Of a stretch of DNA of 14,220 nt, positions 14,056 to 14,220 are shown piece by piece. The stretch is taken from assembly GCA_038245295.1 (NCBI GenBank), contig JBBRSP010000057.1:1-14220 (forward strand), read 5' to 3'. Position 1 is the stretch's first letter. Every line of letters begins with the position of its first letter. Source of the stretch: Candidatus Binatia bacterium (GTDB lineage Bacteria > Desulfobacterota > Binatia > HRBIN30). A program made the position numbers and the translations under genes. The notes below the pieces were generated by a model, which was given only the letters and a program-made list of their open reading frames with translations, was not told where the DNA came from and did not search any database.

Positions 14056-14220
14056 ATGAGCGTCGTCAAGAAAGCCCTCCACAACATCGCCATCGCCGCC
14101 ACCGCCGGCGTCTCGAGGTTCATCCCCGATCGCGTGCCGATGACCTTGCTGGGTCCGGGCTCCTCGAAAGACCTCTGTTCGGCGATCGCCCAGGCCGGCG
14201 CCAAGAAGTTGCTGATCGTC
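14056..14220 (+). CDS. 5' end of an iron-containing alcohol dehydrogenase, running off the window (or joining position 67 if circular)
   Basis: MSVVKKALHNIAIAATAGVSRFIPDRVPMTLLGPGSSKDLCSAIAQAGAKKLLIV; P...LGPGS...KKLLIV is typical of the Fe-ADH N-terminus; codons are strongly G/C-ending. Confidence 0.75.
   Translation, partial: MSVVKKALHNIAIAATAGVSRFIPDRVPMTLLGPGSSKDLCSAIAQAGAKKLLIV
14155..14220 (+). repeat. Right copy of the exact 66-bp terminal direct repeat
   Basis: Identical to positions 1-66. Confidence 0.98.

Noticed and set aside
260..14082. The many alternative-frame and antisense ORFs in the track (e.g. 11996-12946 +, 12090-13049 +, 3638-4273 +, 2111-2764 +)
   Set aside because: They overlap well-supported genes and mirror repetitive GC-rich coding sequence (VGVxV from TPT; SSH/SSQ from CDD). 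No recognisable motifs of their own.
1..14220. Plasmid or phage identity for the apparent circle
   Set aside because: No replication, partition, relaxase, capsid, terminase or integrase gene; all five complete genes encode secreted proteins.

Overview
GC-rich bacterial window holding five genes for secreted or surface proteins. No integrase, transposase, replication gene, tRNA or CRISPR array is visible. Four genes (211-2226 -, 2266-6759 -, ~7226-9967 +, 11288-~13738 -) share one plan: signal peptide, head domain, stalk (Thr/Pro-rich linker and/or DUF4215 Cys-rich repeats), and a homologous ~260-290 aa basic C-terminal domain that resembles the DUF3494 (ice-binding-like) beta-solenoid and ends in a Trp motif. 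The heads are of two kinds (six-repeat FG-GAP propellers, or a Cys-rich domain I do not recognise) and the tails of two subtypes; all four head/tail combinations occur once. The fifth gene (10203-~11078 -) encodes a secreted DUF1554/endostatin-like C-type-lectin-fold protein. Bases 1-66 are identical to 14155-14220 and lie in the 5' part of an iron-containing alcohol dehydrogenase gene that is truncated on the left. The window is therefore either a 14,154-bp circle or an island between duplicated adh 5' ends. REP-like GTAG/GGAG-tagged hairpins sit at both cargo boundaries. Family assignments come from motif recognition by eye, not database searches.
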